Assembly (NCBI GenBank): GCA_030390025.1
Contig: CM059432.1
Coordinates: 109,308,001-109,372,000 of the forward strand
Direction of reading: 5' to 3'
DNA from: Squalus acanthias
Lineage: Eukaryota
Length of the DNA stretch: 64,000 nt
Both the position numbers and the translations under genes were made by a program. This document shows positions 26,623 to 39,289 of the stretch, piece by piece. Position 1 is the first letter of the stretch. Each line of letters starts with the position of its first letter. The notes under the pieces are model-generated. The model made no database searches. It saw only the letters and a list, made by a program, of their open reading frames with translations, and had not been told where the DNA came from.

Positions 26623-29600
26623 AAACAAGTTGTGAAGCAAACGACTTTGGAAAAGTCCTTGCGCATCTCCTGCGAGTAAAAGACTGCAAACTGCTGTGTT
26701 GACACATTTCCAGACTGTCCGTTGAGTTTACTATTGAGAAAAGCAACACAACACATTATTGTGCGGTAGAATTAGTTTTAACAAAGAAACAACACCCAGT
26801 CTTTTAGCAGACTGAAACTGAACCAAATAGACATTTCTTGTACTGTAAAATATGTGAAAATATTTGACTGAGAAAAAACACCTTCCATGAGTTACAGACA
26901 GCTCTGTATTTCACACAAGAACAACATCTGAAGTAGTGCCTGTCATTGTCAGGTACCACGTGGTGCATTAATACTAATCTGTTAACCAAAGTCAGAAACA
27001 AATAGCACCAGAATCAAGTTATTAGCCTACTGTTTTTGAGTGTATATTGTGTTTAAAGTTTTTACATTTGTAATTTACAAAAATTGGATGAATTACTTCA
27101 TTTCCCCTCACAGATTGTGTCCGTTTGTCATGTTGGGGTAGCACAACTGTAGAAGCCATTACAAGGTTGTCATTTTGTCTTTCTTATGTGCTATTGTAAG
27201 ACCAGAAATGTTCGTGTGCCAACAATTTCTAAGTAATTGGCAGTTGCCAGAGTTTCTGTGTGTTGGGTTTTAAATTGCACTGTATTTTAGTGCAAAACAA
27301 AAGGGAATTGTGCACATCGCCAGTAATGTAATGTTGGGTTTCCTTTCTTTACAAAATGGCACGAACGTGAAGAGGTTCTATTTAGCAGTCTTGTACCACA
27401 ACCTCAGTTGTTTGTGTAATTGCAGCATCAATGTGAATTTTGTGTGCAAAGCAATTTTTTTCCAAAGCCTGTTAGCCAAAGAATTTCAATAGCATACTGG
27501 TTAAGAGAAAATGACAAAGGTTAAATGAGAGATTAGGACTGAGTCATGGCCACATCAAGAACTGCTTTTATTGTCAGACCTTATTTATTCAGAGTAAGTA
27601 TTAGAGCAGTGCATATGCTGAGGCACAGAGCTACAATAACTGCACAAACTGTAACTAGTAATCAGATTTCATTTACAGGTCATATTTATCTTACAGAACT
27701 TTAGATTGCTGAGTATCAGTTTCCCAGATCCCCACACAAATGGAAGCACATAGATACACACACACGCATACATACATGCACATACACGCACATACACACG
27801 TAAACATGCACACACACACATACGGACATGCATGCTCATATACATATTCTTTAATTACAGATGTAGTGTCTCTTTTGTTGGCCAGAATAACCCACACTCT
27901 ATGCCAAAAAAGATGAAAACATGTTACTCGGTTAATTTAGCAACAGTTTAGACATAAAAAGTGCCTAAGCTTTGAGGTGTTTTAAATATGTCTAAGGAAC
28001 ACTGGTTCTCACAGTGCTCAGTATTCATGACCAAAGTTAGTTTGTAGAAGAGAACATTGCACACAGAGAATTGAGAATGAATTAGTCTTTATCTTCTGGT
28101 AGCATGAGGTCATGTGTTCGTCAGATGATTTAATAACTCATCTTCACTATATTTTTCTTTTGGCACAATGGATCTCCTTTTCACACAGATTACCAGCATT
28201 AAACGTCAAGGACACAAATGATAAGTGATTATTTCACATTGCATTACTCAGCTGTTTTATACTGAACTTTGCAAATTATATTTAGGCCAATATTTGAGGG
28301 TTTCAGCTTCCATATGGAGCAGTGCAGTTGTCATGTGAATATTGACAGCATCAGACAGGACAAATAGCCAGATGTTATGACAAATAGGTATACAGATGTT
28401 ATGGAGACAATGTTTTTTAATCCAATGTTCCTGGGACTGACTACTTTTATTTCAACATGTATTTCATCTTGACTCTAATATAAAACAGTCATCAGTGCAC
28501 ATTCCAAAATGGATAAACAGTGAGAATCCTCTGCTGAAATTGTGATCCACACAATGCATGGTTTTGGATCAGTAAAGTCCCTTACTGAGTAGGTAGCTTT
28601 CTTACTTCTGCTTGCATACTGTCCACCCTCTATTAATCCAAGATCAAATAAGATGATATACAAGAACCAAAGTGATTATTCCACATTGAGGAGATCTTTT
28701 CTCAACTGGATTGGCACAAGCGTAAATGGACTTTGTCTATTGAACAATCTTAGTACCTACATACATTAAAGGGGATCCATTAGTTAGATCATTGACACAA
28801 AGCAATGCAATGTGTGCTTTACAGAGGGTGCAGAAAAGATAAGTAGAAGAAGTTTAAGGAAGGTGAGGATGCCGAGCCATGGGGAGAACAAGTTACGAGG
28901 GATGACTGAGCGCTTGGTCAAAGAGATTGGTTTTGAGAAGGTCTTTAAAGGTGGAGGGGTTTAGAGAGGGAGTTCCAGACAGTATGGACAAGAGGGCTGA
29001 AGCTATGAGTGATATTTGTTACATAGTAACGGAACACTTTATCTGGTGAATTACTGTTCATCTATATATCCAAACGGTGAATAGATCTGAGCAATAATTA
29101 AACATTACAGTGCAAATAATGACCTTAATGGCCAGTCATTGTTGTAGTTGGCACTGAACAGTCAGAAAAGCAGTGATGTATCGGAGTGCCTGAGGCCAAG
29201 TGATACAGCTGCAGTGTGTTAAAACGTGCATGTGCTTTCAAAGAGGACACCACCCAAAATAATGGAGGAGAGAAAATCACAAATGCGGAGCTGAGATGGC
29301 TAAAAATTTATCATTTTATCCAGACATTGAGCTCATTGACACCCTAAGGGTCTTATTAACCAAGAGCTCCTCAGGGTCTAATGGTCATAATGCTCTCCAA
29401 AATGGCATCATTGCTGATAAGGTACACCCTTTAGGGTGTTATTACTAAACCGTGTCACGAGGCAGTCTCATCATGACAATGTGACCGATAAGATCATTGC
29501 AGGACTGGATTTTGTGCCTGGTGGTAATTCCTTGATTAAATTTGCCAATTGAATTATAGATACATCTTTTTCAATGATGTAGCAGTACAATCCCAGACAT

Positions 29601-30685
29601 ACTGTACAACCATTTGTGAAGAGAAGTAAACCAATGTTGCACGAACATTTTTAGTACCACTGGCCATCAAGAGAGACATTGCAGTCCTGATAGCTGCTGT
29701 TTACATTCTTTGTGCATCTTGCATTAATTCCATATTTCTTTTCCCTTTCTCTAGTAGCTCGTGTATGTCTGTCCCCTTCAGCATCTTTGTTTAAGTATAG
29801 CTACAAGCTAAGAGATTCTGAAGAATCTAATATTTGAAAAGGTTTAACTCATTTGACTCATTTCCAAGACATTAACAGAAATGAGATATACTGAATGGAA
29901 CTGAGGAAGATAAGTAGAGGCTTAATGTAACTCAAGCTGTAACCAAATATAGAATCAAAATGCCTTTGCTCATCTTATCAATGCTGGACCAAAGCTCAGA
30001 GTATATGGGTATAGGTATATGCACATTGTATAGATGTGGCTCGATATTACAGACAATCTCACAATATTAAACTGTTACTTTTTAAATCTCTTTATAAATG
30101 CTTTACCTCAACACTCTACTTCTAGAACCCTAAATTACAACATTCAAAACCACTAATTTCCTTGTTAGACTTTGATCAATTGAGTAAAATCTGTTTGGGT
30201 TGAAGTTTGCATTGTTCTCAGCTGAATGTGAAAGTCATGTGTTTTGCTTGTTTATAAATGAAGAAAGCTCTATGTGTAGCACAGTGTCCATTCATTAATT
30301 TGCAAATGAACGTTTTGCGAAAAGCTATACAATTGTTGCCAGGGTCACTCAAATAAATTGCTGCAGAGAGTTTGGGTGTGAAACACACCACTGTTACACT
30401 GACAGTAAGAAGATTATTTTGTTGGAGCTTCAATGGAATGGCGGTTATAAACTGGAGCCAGAGACCAAACTCACCAGGTCAAGATCCTTACTGTTCAGAC
30501 ATTTAAACCAAAGCTGACTTACCTGCACAGGTTGCTTACCTTTTATAGACTGAAAATACTGTACTTTATCTACAGCAATATCTGTATGGTCAGTTAAGCT
30601 GCACTTTGTGTATTTCTAAACAGCTTCAGATCTGTCACTTTTACTTTGTACCATAAAAAATAAACAAAACATTTGAAATGATTTA
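26623..30685 (+). other. POU6F2: Probable long POU6F2 3'UTR, poly(A) signal AATAAA 30659-30664
   Basis: AT-rich, nearly TE-free 4 kb ending in TTTGTA...AATAAA with a GT-rich downstream tract; endpoint inferred. Confidence 0.55.
27731..27846. repeat. Degenerate (CA)n microsatellite
   Basis: Purine-pyrimidine alternating tract. Confidence 0.85.
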
Positions 30686-31498
30686 AAAAAATGTTTGTTT
30701 TACGGATACTTTAGCTTTGCTGTTTGTGCGATTTAATGTTGATCCCTCCAGAGTGTAGAAGGTGTCTTCAGCGTGGTCGCAGGGGAAATGATGTGACCCA
30801 TGTGAGTATGATCTTTTGTGGTCCTCCTGTAACAGCTTCCATATAAATAGACAACTGTTGACTTTATGAGGGGAGGGAGTTCTGTCCAACAGACTAACAC
30901 TATCTCATTAATGCCATGAGTGTGACACTATATGGGCCGGTTCTGAGGTATTTTATTACTGTCTTGTAGCAAGAGAGTAATAGTTATAATAGGAAGTAAC
31001 ATTTCACAGCAGCGAAATCATTTGTGCTGATTAAAGTTTTCTGTAGTCTAAGAATGAACAAACAGAAAGAAAGAAAGAAATTACATTTATAAAGCACCTT
31101 TCATTAATATATTAGCATGGATATTAATATATTAGCATGGATAGAGGATTGGTTAATGGACAGAAAACAGAAAGTCGGGATAAACGGGTCATTTTCCAGT
31201 TGGCAGGCTATAACTAGTGGGGTGCTGCAAGGATCAGTGCTTGGGTCTTAGTTATTTACAACCTATATTAATGACTTAAGTGAAGGGACTGAGTGCAATG
31301 TATCCAAGTTTGCTGACGATACAAAGCTAGGTGGGAAAGTAAGCTGTGAGGAGGAAACAAAGAGATATAGACAGGTTAAGTGAGTGGGCAATAAGATGGC
31401 AGATGGAGTATAATATGGGGAAATGTGAGGTTATTCACTTTGGTAGGAAGAATAGAAAAACAGAATATTTTTTAAATGGTGAGAAACTATTAAATGTT

Positions 31499-31992
31499 AT
31501 AGCAAAATACTGCGGATGCTGGAAAATTGAAACAACAACAACAATGCTGGAAAAACTCAGCAGGACAGGCAACATCCGTGGAGAGAGAAACAGAGTTAAC
31601 GTTTCAGGTCGAAAACCCTTCGTCAGAACTGAGAAAAAAGCAGGAAATGAAACATAAAAAAGCAAGTGGGAGGCTGTGGGGAGGAATAAAAGAACAAAAG
31701 GGGTGGTCTATGGTAAGTAGAGACATTAAGAGATGCTCAAGGCAAGACGAGATGGTAATAGGACAGGTTAAGAAACAAAAGGTGGCTCAGAAGTGTGAAG
31801 TGTGAAATGCTGGCAGAATGAGAGACAGCTGCTGAGGGGGAGAGAGAGAAAAAAAAGGGAAAAGGCACAAACCAAAAGGGTGGATAAAATATATATATAT
31901 ATATATGGTAGGGGCCGAGGTTATGATCTGAAATTGTTGAACTCGATATTGAGTCCGGAAGGCTGTAAAGTGCCTAATCAGAAGATGAGGTG
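31499..31992 (-). mobile_element. Penelope-like retroelement 3' fragment
   Basis: 12-bp TSD CTATTAAATGTT (31487-98, 31993-32004); minus strand HLIF*LGTLQPSGLNIEFNNFRS* is the GIY-YIG C-terminal motif. Confidence 0.85.
31594..31631 (-). ncRNA. Minimal type I hammerhead ribozyme motif
   Basis: CAGTT-CTGACGA-AGG(GTTTTCGA)CCT-GAAA-CGTT-AACT: both core boxes, stem II, palindromic stem III, stem I AGTT/AACT. Confidence 0.75.
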
Positions 31993-32722
31993 CTATTAAA
32001 TGTTGTTGTTCAGAGAGATTTAGGTGTCCTTGTACAGGAAACACAGAAAGTTAGCATGCAGGTACAGCAAGCAATTCGGAAGGCAAATGGCATGTTGGCC
32101 TTTATTGCAAGGGGTTTGGAGTAAGGAAGTCTTACTGCAATTGTACAGGGCTTTGGTGAGACTACACCTGGAGTACTGTGCACAATTTTGGTCTCCTTAT
32201 CTGAGAAAGGACATACTTGCCTTAGAGGCGGTGCAGCAAAGGTTCACTAGATTGATCCCTGGGATGAGAGGATTGTCCTATGAGGAGAGATTGAGTAGAT
32301 TGGGCCTATACTCTCTGGAGTTTAGAAGAATGAGAGGTGATCTCATTGAAACATACAAGATTCTGAGAGAGATTGACAGGGTAGATGCTGCGAGGTTGTT
32401 TCCCCTGGCTGGAGAGTCTAGAACTAGGGGGCATAGTCTCAGGATAAGGGGTCGGCCATTTTAGACTGAGATGAGGAGGAATTTCTTCACTCAGAGGGTT
32501 GTGAATCTTTGGAATTCTCTACCCCAAAGGGCTGTGGATGCTGAGTTGTTAAGTATTTTCAAGGCTGAGATAGATAGATTTTTGGACCCTAGGGGAATCA
32601 AGGGATATGGAGATCGGACGGGAAATTGGACTTGAGGTCGAAGATCAGCCATGATCTTATTGAATGGCGGAGCAGGCTCAAAGGGCCAAATGGCCTACTC
32701 CTGCTCCTAATTCTTATGTTCT

Positions 32723-33113
32723 TCATGATTTCAGGATGTCCCAAAGAGCTTTACAGCCAATTAAGCACTTTTGAAGTGGAGTCACTGTTGTGATGTAAGG
32801 AAACACGGCAGCCAATTTGGACACAGCAAGGTCCCACAAGCAGCACTGTGGTAATGATTGTAGTGATGTTGGTTGAGGGATAAATATTGGCCAGTACACT
32901 GGGGAGAACATCCCTGCTCTTCTTTGAAATTATGTGGACCTGAGAGGTTTAACGTCTCATCTGAAAGACAGCACCTCCGACAGTGCATCACTCCCTCAGC
33001 ACTGCATTGGGAGTGTCAGCCTAGATTTTGTGCTCAAGTCTCTGGAGTGGGACTTGAACCCACAAGCTTCTGACTCAGATGCGAGAGTGCTGCCAACTGA
33101 ACCACGGCTGACA
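32723..33113 (-). mobile_element. Deu-domain SINE, near full length
   Basis: tRNA-like head with B-box GGTTCAAGTCC on the minus strand, plus Deu domain. Confidence 0.85.
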
Positions 33114-34376
33114 CATGGTCCAGTTGTCGACCTGCTGTCTCAGAACTGGGTGGCAGCTTTTGTCTTTCCACAGTCTTCCAGAAATGTTAATATGCATTTA
33201 ATTTACACATTACTTCTACTTGTGGACATGTTGGCATGAACATCATCGTTCAAATTTTTATGTTTTTTCAGTGCTTCCTCACCATTTTGTCATTGTTTAA
33301 CAAGGAAACTTCAACAAAGTGTTGACTGGCTAACCATCATTCTTCTGCACAGAGATATTTATAGCCGTATTTGGACAGTGACTAAAAATTACAGTAAAAA
33401 TTGTATAATTTAATGAGAATATATTTTTGTTTAGGTAGAGAGTTAAAATGACTGTTAAAAGGGGTTATTTCATCCTCCTTGATAGTTGCTTGAAGCTGAA
33501 GGCAAAGCACCATCACTTCAGAAAGGTCGAGAAATGGACCAGTTTTGATGAGGCAGTTTTCTATCTTTTTCATCCAATCACCTTTCAGGAATTTGATTAC
33601 AATATTTTACAGTCCTCTTGAAGGTTGTGTTCATCCATTCATCCTAAATGGGACTTGACTATTACTGCAGAGCCAAGAACAAAACTGTGGAGTACAGTCT
33701 TCCGAAGCATTTGGAAATGTACCCGTGAAGCAGCTTAAAAGCCTTATATAACCAGGCCATTTGCCAGCTTCTGATATCACCAGTAATAGCAAAGTAAAGG
33801 AATGGCTTTAAAAGTTTGTTTATTTAAGTGAATCCTCAGTGCCCGGACCTTGTGTTGGAACAAGTGGAAGTTCAGATGGACGAAACAGCTTGTCCTTTCA
33901 ATCAGCTGTGCTGTGTAACAGAGTAGAGACTACATTTTCCTCATGTTTACTGCCCATTTTGTGGTGGTCTTTGGACAGGTAGCAGAGGAAAATAGGAAGG
34001 CAGGGCCTAGCTTCAATTACCCACCAGTCCAAAACCCTGTTGCAATTTCACCGCACCCCCCCCCCCCCTGCCGATGTGGGTGGCCCATAACCCCTGCCAC
34101 ATTCCTGCCCGCTGTATGTATAATGGAATTTAAGTAAAGCTTGATGTGCAATGTTGCATTCTGTCCCCTATCATCCATGCGCCGTCTCCAAAAACAACAC
34201 ATTTATAAAAGAGTTGCATCTGGTTGTTAGGCAGCAGTAGCCAGGCAGAAGTACTTTGTAATGGCCATTTTGTTCTAAGATTCTTTTTGTCTATTCAAAC
34301 CTTGTTGCTGAATACCCATTTTGATTTGCACATCAACCTATCTAATACTTCCAGCATCTCTCCTGGGGTTGTATTG

Positions 34377-36066
34377 TGAAGGAATTCTACTATATAACCT
34401 TTTTAGAAAAATATACTATATAAGATAAATACACTATAGCCTTTTTAGAAAAATACACTATATAACTTTTTTAAAGGAAGGCATGGCAAGCTGGATTTGG
34501 AAATCCAACCTTCTGAAAGAATTCTGGCCTCGTTGAGATAAGACAGTGGTTAACCCTGAAGAGCACCTTATAAGGAACTCTACCTTATAAATTCTTTGGA
34601 ACATGACAAACTGGGTTTGGAAATTTAGAAACCTAACTATGAAATAGCTATGAAAGAATTCTGGCTATTGAAATAGGACAAGTTGTTGACCCTGAATAAG
34701 TAACCTTATTGAAACAGAAGAATGGGTGGCCCTGAATGGGTAACCTTATTAAAATAAGACAATGGTCAGCCCTGGATGAATGATCTTGATTAAAACCTCT
34801 TGAGAATGACATGATGTAAGGTGCATCTGCCCTTTGCCCACATATGGTAAACTCCCAATAGCTATTGATGATGTGGCAGTAAGAATTTCAGTAGGTCAGC
34901 TAAAAGATGATTAGTGATAATTAACTTGGATTAACAGAAACCTTATGAAAAACAACTGAAAAAGCCGTATAAATATTGGAATCTCGAATGAGATAATCAG
35001 ACTCGCTTTAATCGGGCAAAGCGATTCTCGACTACAGGGGTGGCTCTGTAGTCCTTCACTCTTTTGTACCTCGGGGATTGAAGGTAACTGCTACCTTGAT
35101 AATTGATGGATATCCTGTAATAGACAAGTTTAAGAACGGTAATACTGTGGCGAAGTTAAGATTTATAAGTAGGATTCTCTGTTAAGAATAAGATTGTATT
35201 TTTTCTCTTTTTAAAACTGTTAATATTGCGATTGACTGATTCACCAACTGTAAATTGCATGTTTTTTTAAAATAAATCTCTATATATTTTTAGAATTGTC
35301 TCACATAAATCTTCTGTATCAATAACTCGCAAACCCAATCTTTGTACACTCTTTAGAAACATAGAATCTAGGAGCAGGAGTAGGCCATTCGGCCCGTCGA
35401 GCCTGCTCCACCATTCAATACGATCATGGCTGATCATCCAAATCCAGTACCCTGTCCCTGCTTTAATCCCCACAGTACACATATCCCACCCTACCCCCGT
35501 AACCCCACGTATTTAATTCCCCCTGACATATCCCATCCTATCCCCATAACCCCACATATTTAATCCCCCCCTAACACTAAGGGTCAATTTATCATAGCCA
35601 AATCAACCTAACCCACACATTTTTGGACTGTGGGAGGAAACCGGAGCACCCGGAGGAAACCCACGCAGACACGGGGAGAATGTGCAAACTCCACACAGAC
35701 AGTCACCCGAGGTCAGATTCGAATCCGGGTCCCTGGCGCTGTGAGGTACCAGTGCTAACCACTATGCCACCGTTTTGCCCCTTTGGTGAAGAGTTACAAT
35801 TTCTGAAGGAAATCTCTGGACCCTCATAATATCCGAGACTTTACTGTCTGGCTAAACTTATTAAAAGTGCTATCTGGAGGACGGTAACATTCTCGGGTTG
35901 TTCCTCTCCTTTAGGGAGAGATAGCCCAGACCTTTAGACCCAGTTAAGCGTCTTTAGGATTCGGCTACCTCAACCTTTAGTTGAAGGTGAACATCTGAGA
36001 AATACGCCTGATTCGGGATAGCCCCAAAGGGGCTAGACAAGTAAAAATCCTTTCGGTATCCCTGCA
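34377..36066 (+). mobile_element. Probable solo LTR containing a SINE insertion
   Basis: Termini TGAAGG..CCTGCA, near-TSD ATTG/TTTG, tandem U3-like repeats, TATAAA ~34968, AATAAA ~35271. Confidence 0.6.
35353..35775 (-). mobile_element. V-SINE (HE1-like) with CR1/HER1-type tail
   Basis: Minus strand: tRNA head GGTGGCATAGTGG...GGATTCGAATC, V-domain GTGTGGAGTTTGCACATTCTCCCCGTGTCTGCGTGGGTTTCCTCCGGGTGCTCCGGTTTCCTCCCACA, tail CCTACTCCTGCTCCTAGATTCTATG. Confidence 0.9.
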
Positions 36067-37026
36067 TTTGTTGTCTCTGCAACTATCCTCCCGCCCCCTC
36101 ACCCCCCAGGGGATCAGTAAGAACATTATAGGGGGCTCTAGTCTCACACCCACTCACAGGTACCAATGCCACTGTGTCTGCAGACCTAGGTGGGCCTTTC
36201 TAAACTTCACGACTTGTCATTCTTGAGAAAGTGGCATTTCCATTATAAGGTGATAATGAATTTGCCAGGTACTTGCCTCAGACCTGGCACCCACCTCTAC
36301 CAGAGGCACCACACTTCCAGTGGCAGTAAAAGTCACTGCAATACTCATTGTTTCCTCTTAGGCAGCATCGGGAGACATTTGTACTATCAGTCAATCGAGT
36401 GCAACCCAGAGGACGTCGGCCAAGAGCATCTGAGCAGTCAGAGCAGCGATGTGAGCAGCCAGCCTCTACCTCTGCTGAAGCAACAGGGGTTGCACATCGT
36501 AAGAGTTATAGGAAAAGGAAGATGAAAGATTATTAGTTGCACAAGGGTATGCACATGGGTGTGTTAGACATGTCACAATAATAAGTTACTGTATAAGTTT
36601 TGATTCACACATATAATTATTTTTTTGTAGCACTTTCCAGTCTTGCCCGTTTTTTCCTGCAGCCTGTCAACTGACCTTCTCAGTTCTGATGAATGGTAAG
36701 ACAAGACTTCAATCTGAGTAATGGGTGTCTGTGAAAGGGATGCTTTGTTGATTGCAGAACTGCTTTGTGCTGGGGGAATGGGGGAAAGTGTGTTCAACAT
36801 GTGGATGCCAGGTGGGTACAGTGGTGGATGCCAGGTGGGTAGAGTGGTGCAACTTAACTAAATGTTGCCATTGTGAGTCCATCCCGGGCAGCACTGTGCA
36901 CTGCTGCTGGTGCTGTTGATGCTGATGCTCATCTTGGTCCACATCTGAGGTCCAAGCTGAAACAGCATAAATGGCACACATGCTGATCTGATACATGGCA
37001 GATTTAAAGTGGAGATCAGTCGCCAA

Positions 37027-37140
37027 CCTCCAAAGTAGTGAGAGTGACCTCCAATGCAGTGAGAGTGACCTCCAATGTAGTGAAAGTCACCTCCACAATA
37101 GTAGAAACCATCTCCAAAGTTGTAGAAATCATCTGCAAGG
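37027..37140. repeat. 21-bp tandem repeat, ~5 copies
   Basis: CCTCCAATGCAGTGAGAGTGA variants. Confidence 0.85.
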
Positions 37141-37358
37141 TACTGAAAGTAAACTCTCAGAACAAGTGCTGAGAGCAAAAACCTTTCACTTAGGTAAGGA
37201 AGCAGTGTGAGGACTCTTTTTGCCTGTCATTTCTTCAGCCCCCTCAATTGCCGCTGTGCTCTTGCCTTGCTTTCACTGGCAAGGTCCAGGAAGCTTGGGA
37301 GACACATGGACCCACAGTGAAAGTTGAAAACCCCTGTTAAAAAACCTGTTAACTACCT

Positions 37359-38985
37359 TGTAGAATTCGCAAAATTATCGCGATTTTATAAAAATAGGAA
37401 GGAGACATAAAGTTTTGTATAAACAGCTTTATTTCAGCAGAATGCTGTCAGGTTTCAAAACGGACACAAACAGCCTGTAAAATGGCCGCCACGCCTCGTG
37501 GCAGAAAGTTCTAGACTTTCAGTAGGCAGACAAGATGGCGTTTCAATAAACATTTCAGCAAGATCAGACAGGACTCAGCACATTTGAGATAATGAGAAGA
37601 CGTGATGGGTTTGCATTTTATACATAAATACTGGAATCGGTCTTCCAGGTGCAAACAAGGGCTATTGTACTGAGCGATCAAGGACCCATCCAAAGACATT
37701 AATATGCAAAATCCCCACGGCTCTACGATGAGAGAGCCATTTGCGGGTACTCACAGCAAGCATTTGGAAGCCCCAAAACCCCTCCAGGGAGACTACTAGC
37801 CGGTTCCACAATGGGGGAAATATTAACGGGTACTCAGACAGTTACAAGTGTCACCGAAACCCATTAAAGACTGAGATCACCCCATACAAGAAGTTTGAGC
37901 GCCAAAACCCTGACAAAAGATAGACATTAAGATTGGGCGGGAAAATAGGAATTACAGCACTATAACTGTAAAGTACAACCGTCCATCTTTCTCTTGCTGC
38001 TTTGACTCGCTGGAAGGCTGCTGAACTCTTATTCTCTTGCCTGACGACTCTGGACTCTGATCCGCTAGGATCAACCTCGTGGCTTGCCGCGAAGATCTGT
38101 GGAGAACTGGGCTGTGAAGGCCTGGAGGCGGGCGCACCATCCCGAGGAGTCGGTAAACGGTGTTGGAACCGAAGGCCCGAGAGGAGATGAGATGAGATGA
38201 GATGAGAAGAAGACTACACACGTGTCGCCGCGGTCAGTAAGCCCCGACCGCGCCTAAAAATATAAGGACCATTTTCGAATTCTATCGGCTACTCCACAAC
38301 TGGCCCAGGAAGACTGCTCTTTGAATTTTACAGACAACTGGTGTAGGGCACAGGAAGACTCTTTTTCGAGTGGTATCCGAACTCCGAGGTCAACACAGAT
38401 CTTCATGACAGCAGACGGTCCAGCCTGCTAGCCGGAGCAGAAGCGAGTAAACAAGTGGGGTACAGAGACCCCTGATCAACACATGGATAGTCAGGTGCTG
38501 CGGTAAAAACATCCGAGCAGAGTTTCGGAATTCTCCGAGTTATCACGAGTGGTGAGCATGAGTCTCGATCCTACAAATCTAGATTAGGACAGGTATTGAT
38601 AGGGGAGGGTTTATGTTTTAAGGATAATTATAATGTGTGTCCCCTTTTACGATGTGTCGTGCGCTCCTCGTTTCCCTAAACCTAGTTGCATAAATGTATG
38701 TAAGCTTGTACTGTCATTAATCTGTGCTTATGACATGTATTTCGTAATTCTGAACAATATGCAATAAAGATTTTCCATTTCGCACTATTCAACCGGGTCT
38801 ACCTGAGTTTTCTCTGCATTATTGCTCTCGCACCTAAGTCTAGTGTCAGAACCGTAAGGGCGAGTGGGTCGAACCACTCACAGGTGTCTAGTGTTACCAG
38901 GCTGGCTGGAGACCAGAACAGGCAACAAGGCCTAACCCCGCACTAGCACCCAGGCTAAGCACAGAGCCACACGTCACCCCTTACA
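37359..38985 (+). mobile_element. Solo LTR, 1627 bp
   Basis: TGTAG..TTACA termini, exact TSD ACCT (37355-58, 38986-89), AATAAA 38763-68, CpG-rich interior. Confidence 0.88.
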
Positions 38986-39289
38986 ACCTTTCAATTGCTT
39001 TCAATTGGTAACCCTCCGCTCCCGAGGGGGTTTCTTGCACGCTGCCTAACGCGCTCTAGTGAAATGCGGAAGTCAGCGGGTTGGAGCCGGTTTCTCAACG
39101 CACTGTCAATTTCAATGCTTCTTACTACCTGTCCGCTCCTAAACCCATTCACTCTTTGATGTTAAAATTCCCCCTTTATTGCAAAATAATTTACTGGGCT
39201 TTTTACTGCTGGTTTTTCACATGGAGCTTTCCCTTGGTGCCTACAGTTGCTGTTTCCTTTCAAGCACAACCTTCTACTTCTCTTTGGTG

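Larger units (their letters stand above)
31105..32722 (+). mobile_element. CR1 LINE 3' portion interrupted by a Penelope-like insert
   Basis: GVLQGSVLG, KFADD, KCEVIHFG, LEYCAQFWSP, RRMRGDLIE and CR1 3'UTR. Confidence 0.9.
33990..39175. mobile_element. Decayed Harbinger-derived element hosting two solo LTRs (boundaries approximate)
   Basis: 36348-36536 QPASTSAEATGVAHRKSYRKRK matches the Myb C-terminus at 51183; Gln/His-rich transposase N-terminal remnant on minus at ~36900. Confidence 0.5.

Noticed and set aside
33040..33113. tRNA gene
   Set aside because: tRNA-derived SINE head continuing into a Deu domain; same for 35715-35775 (V-SINE).
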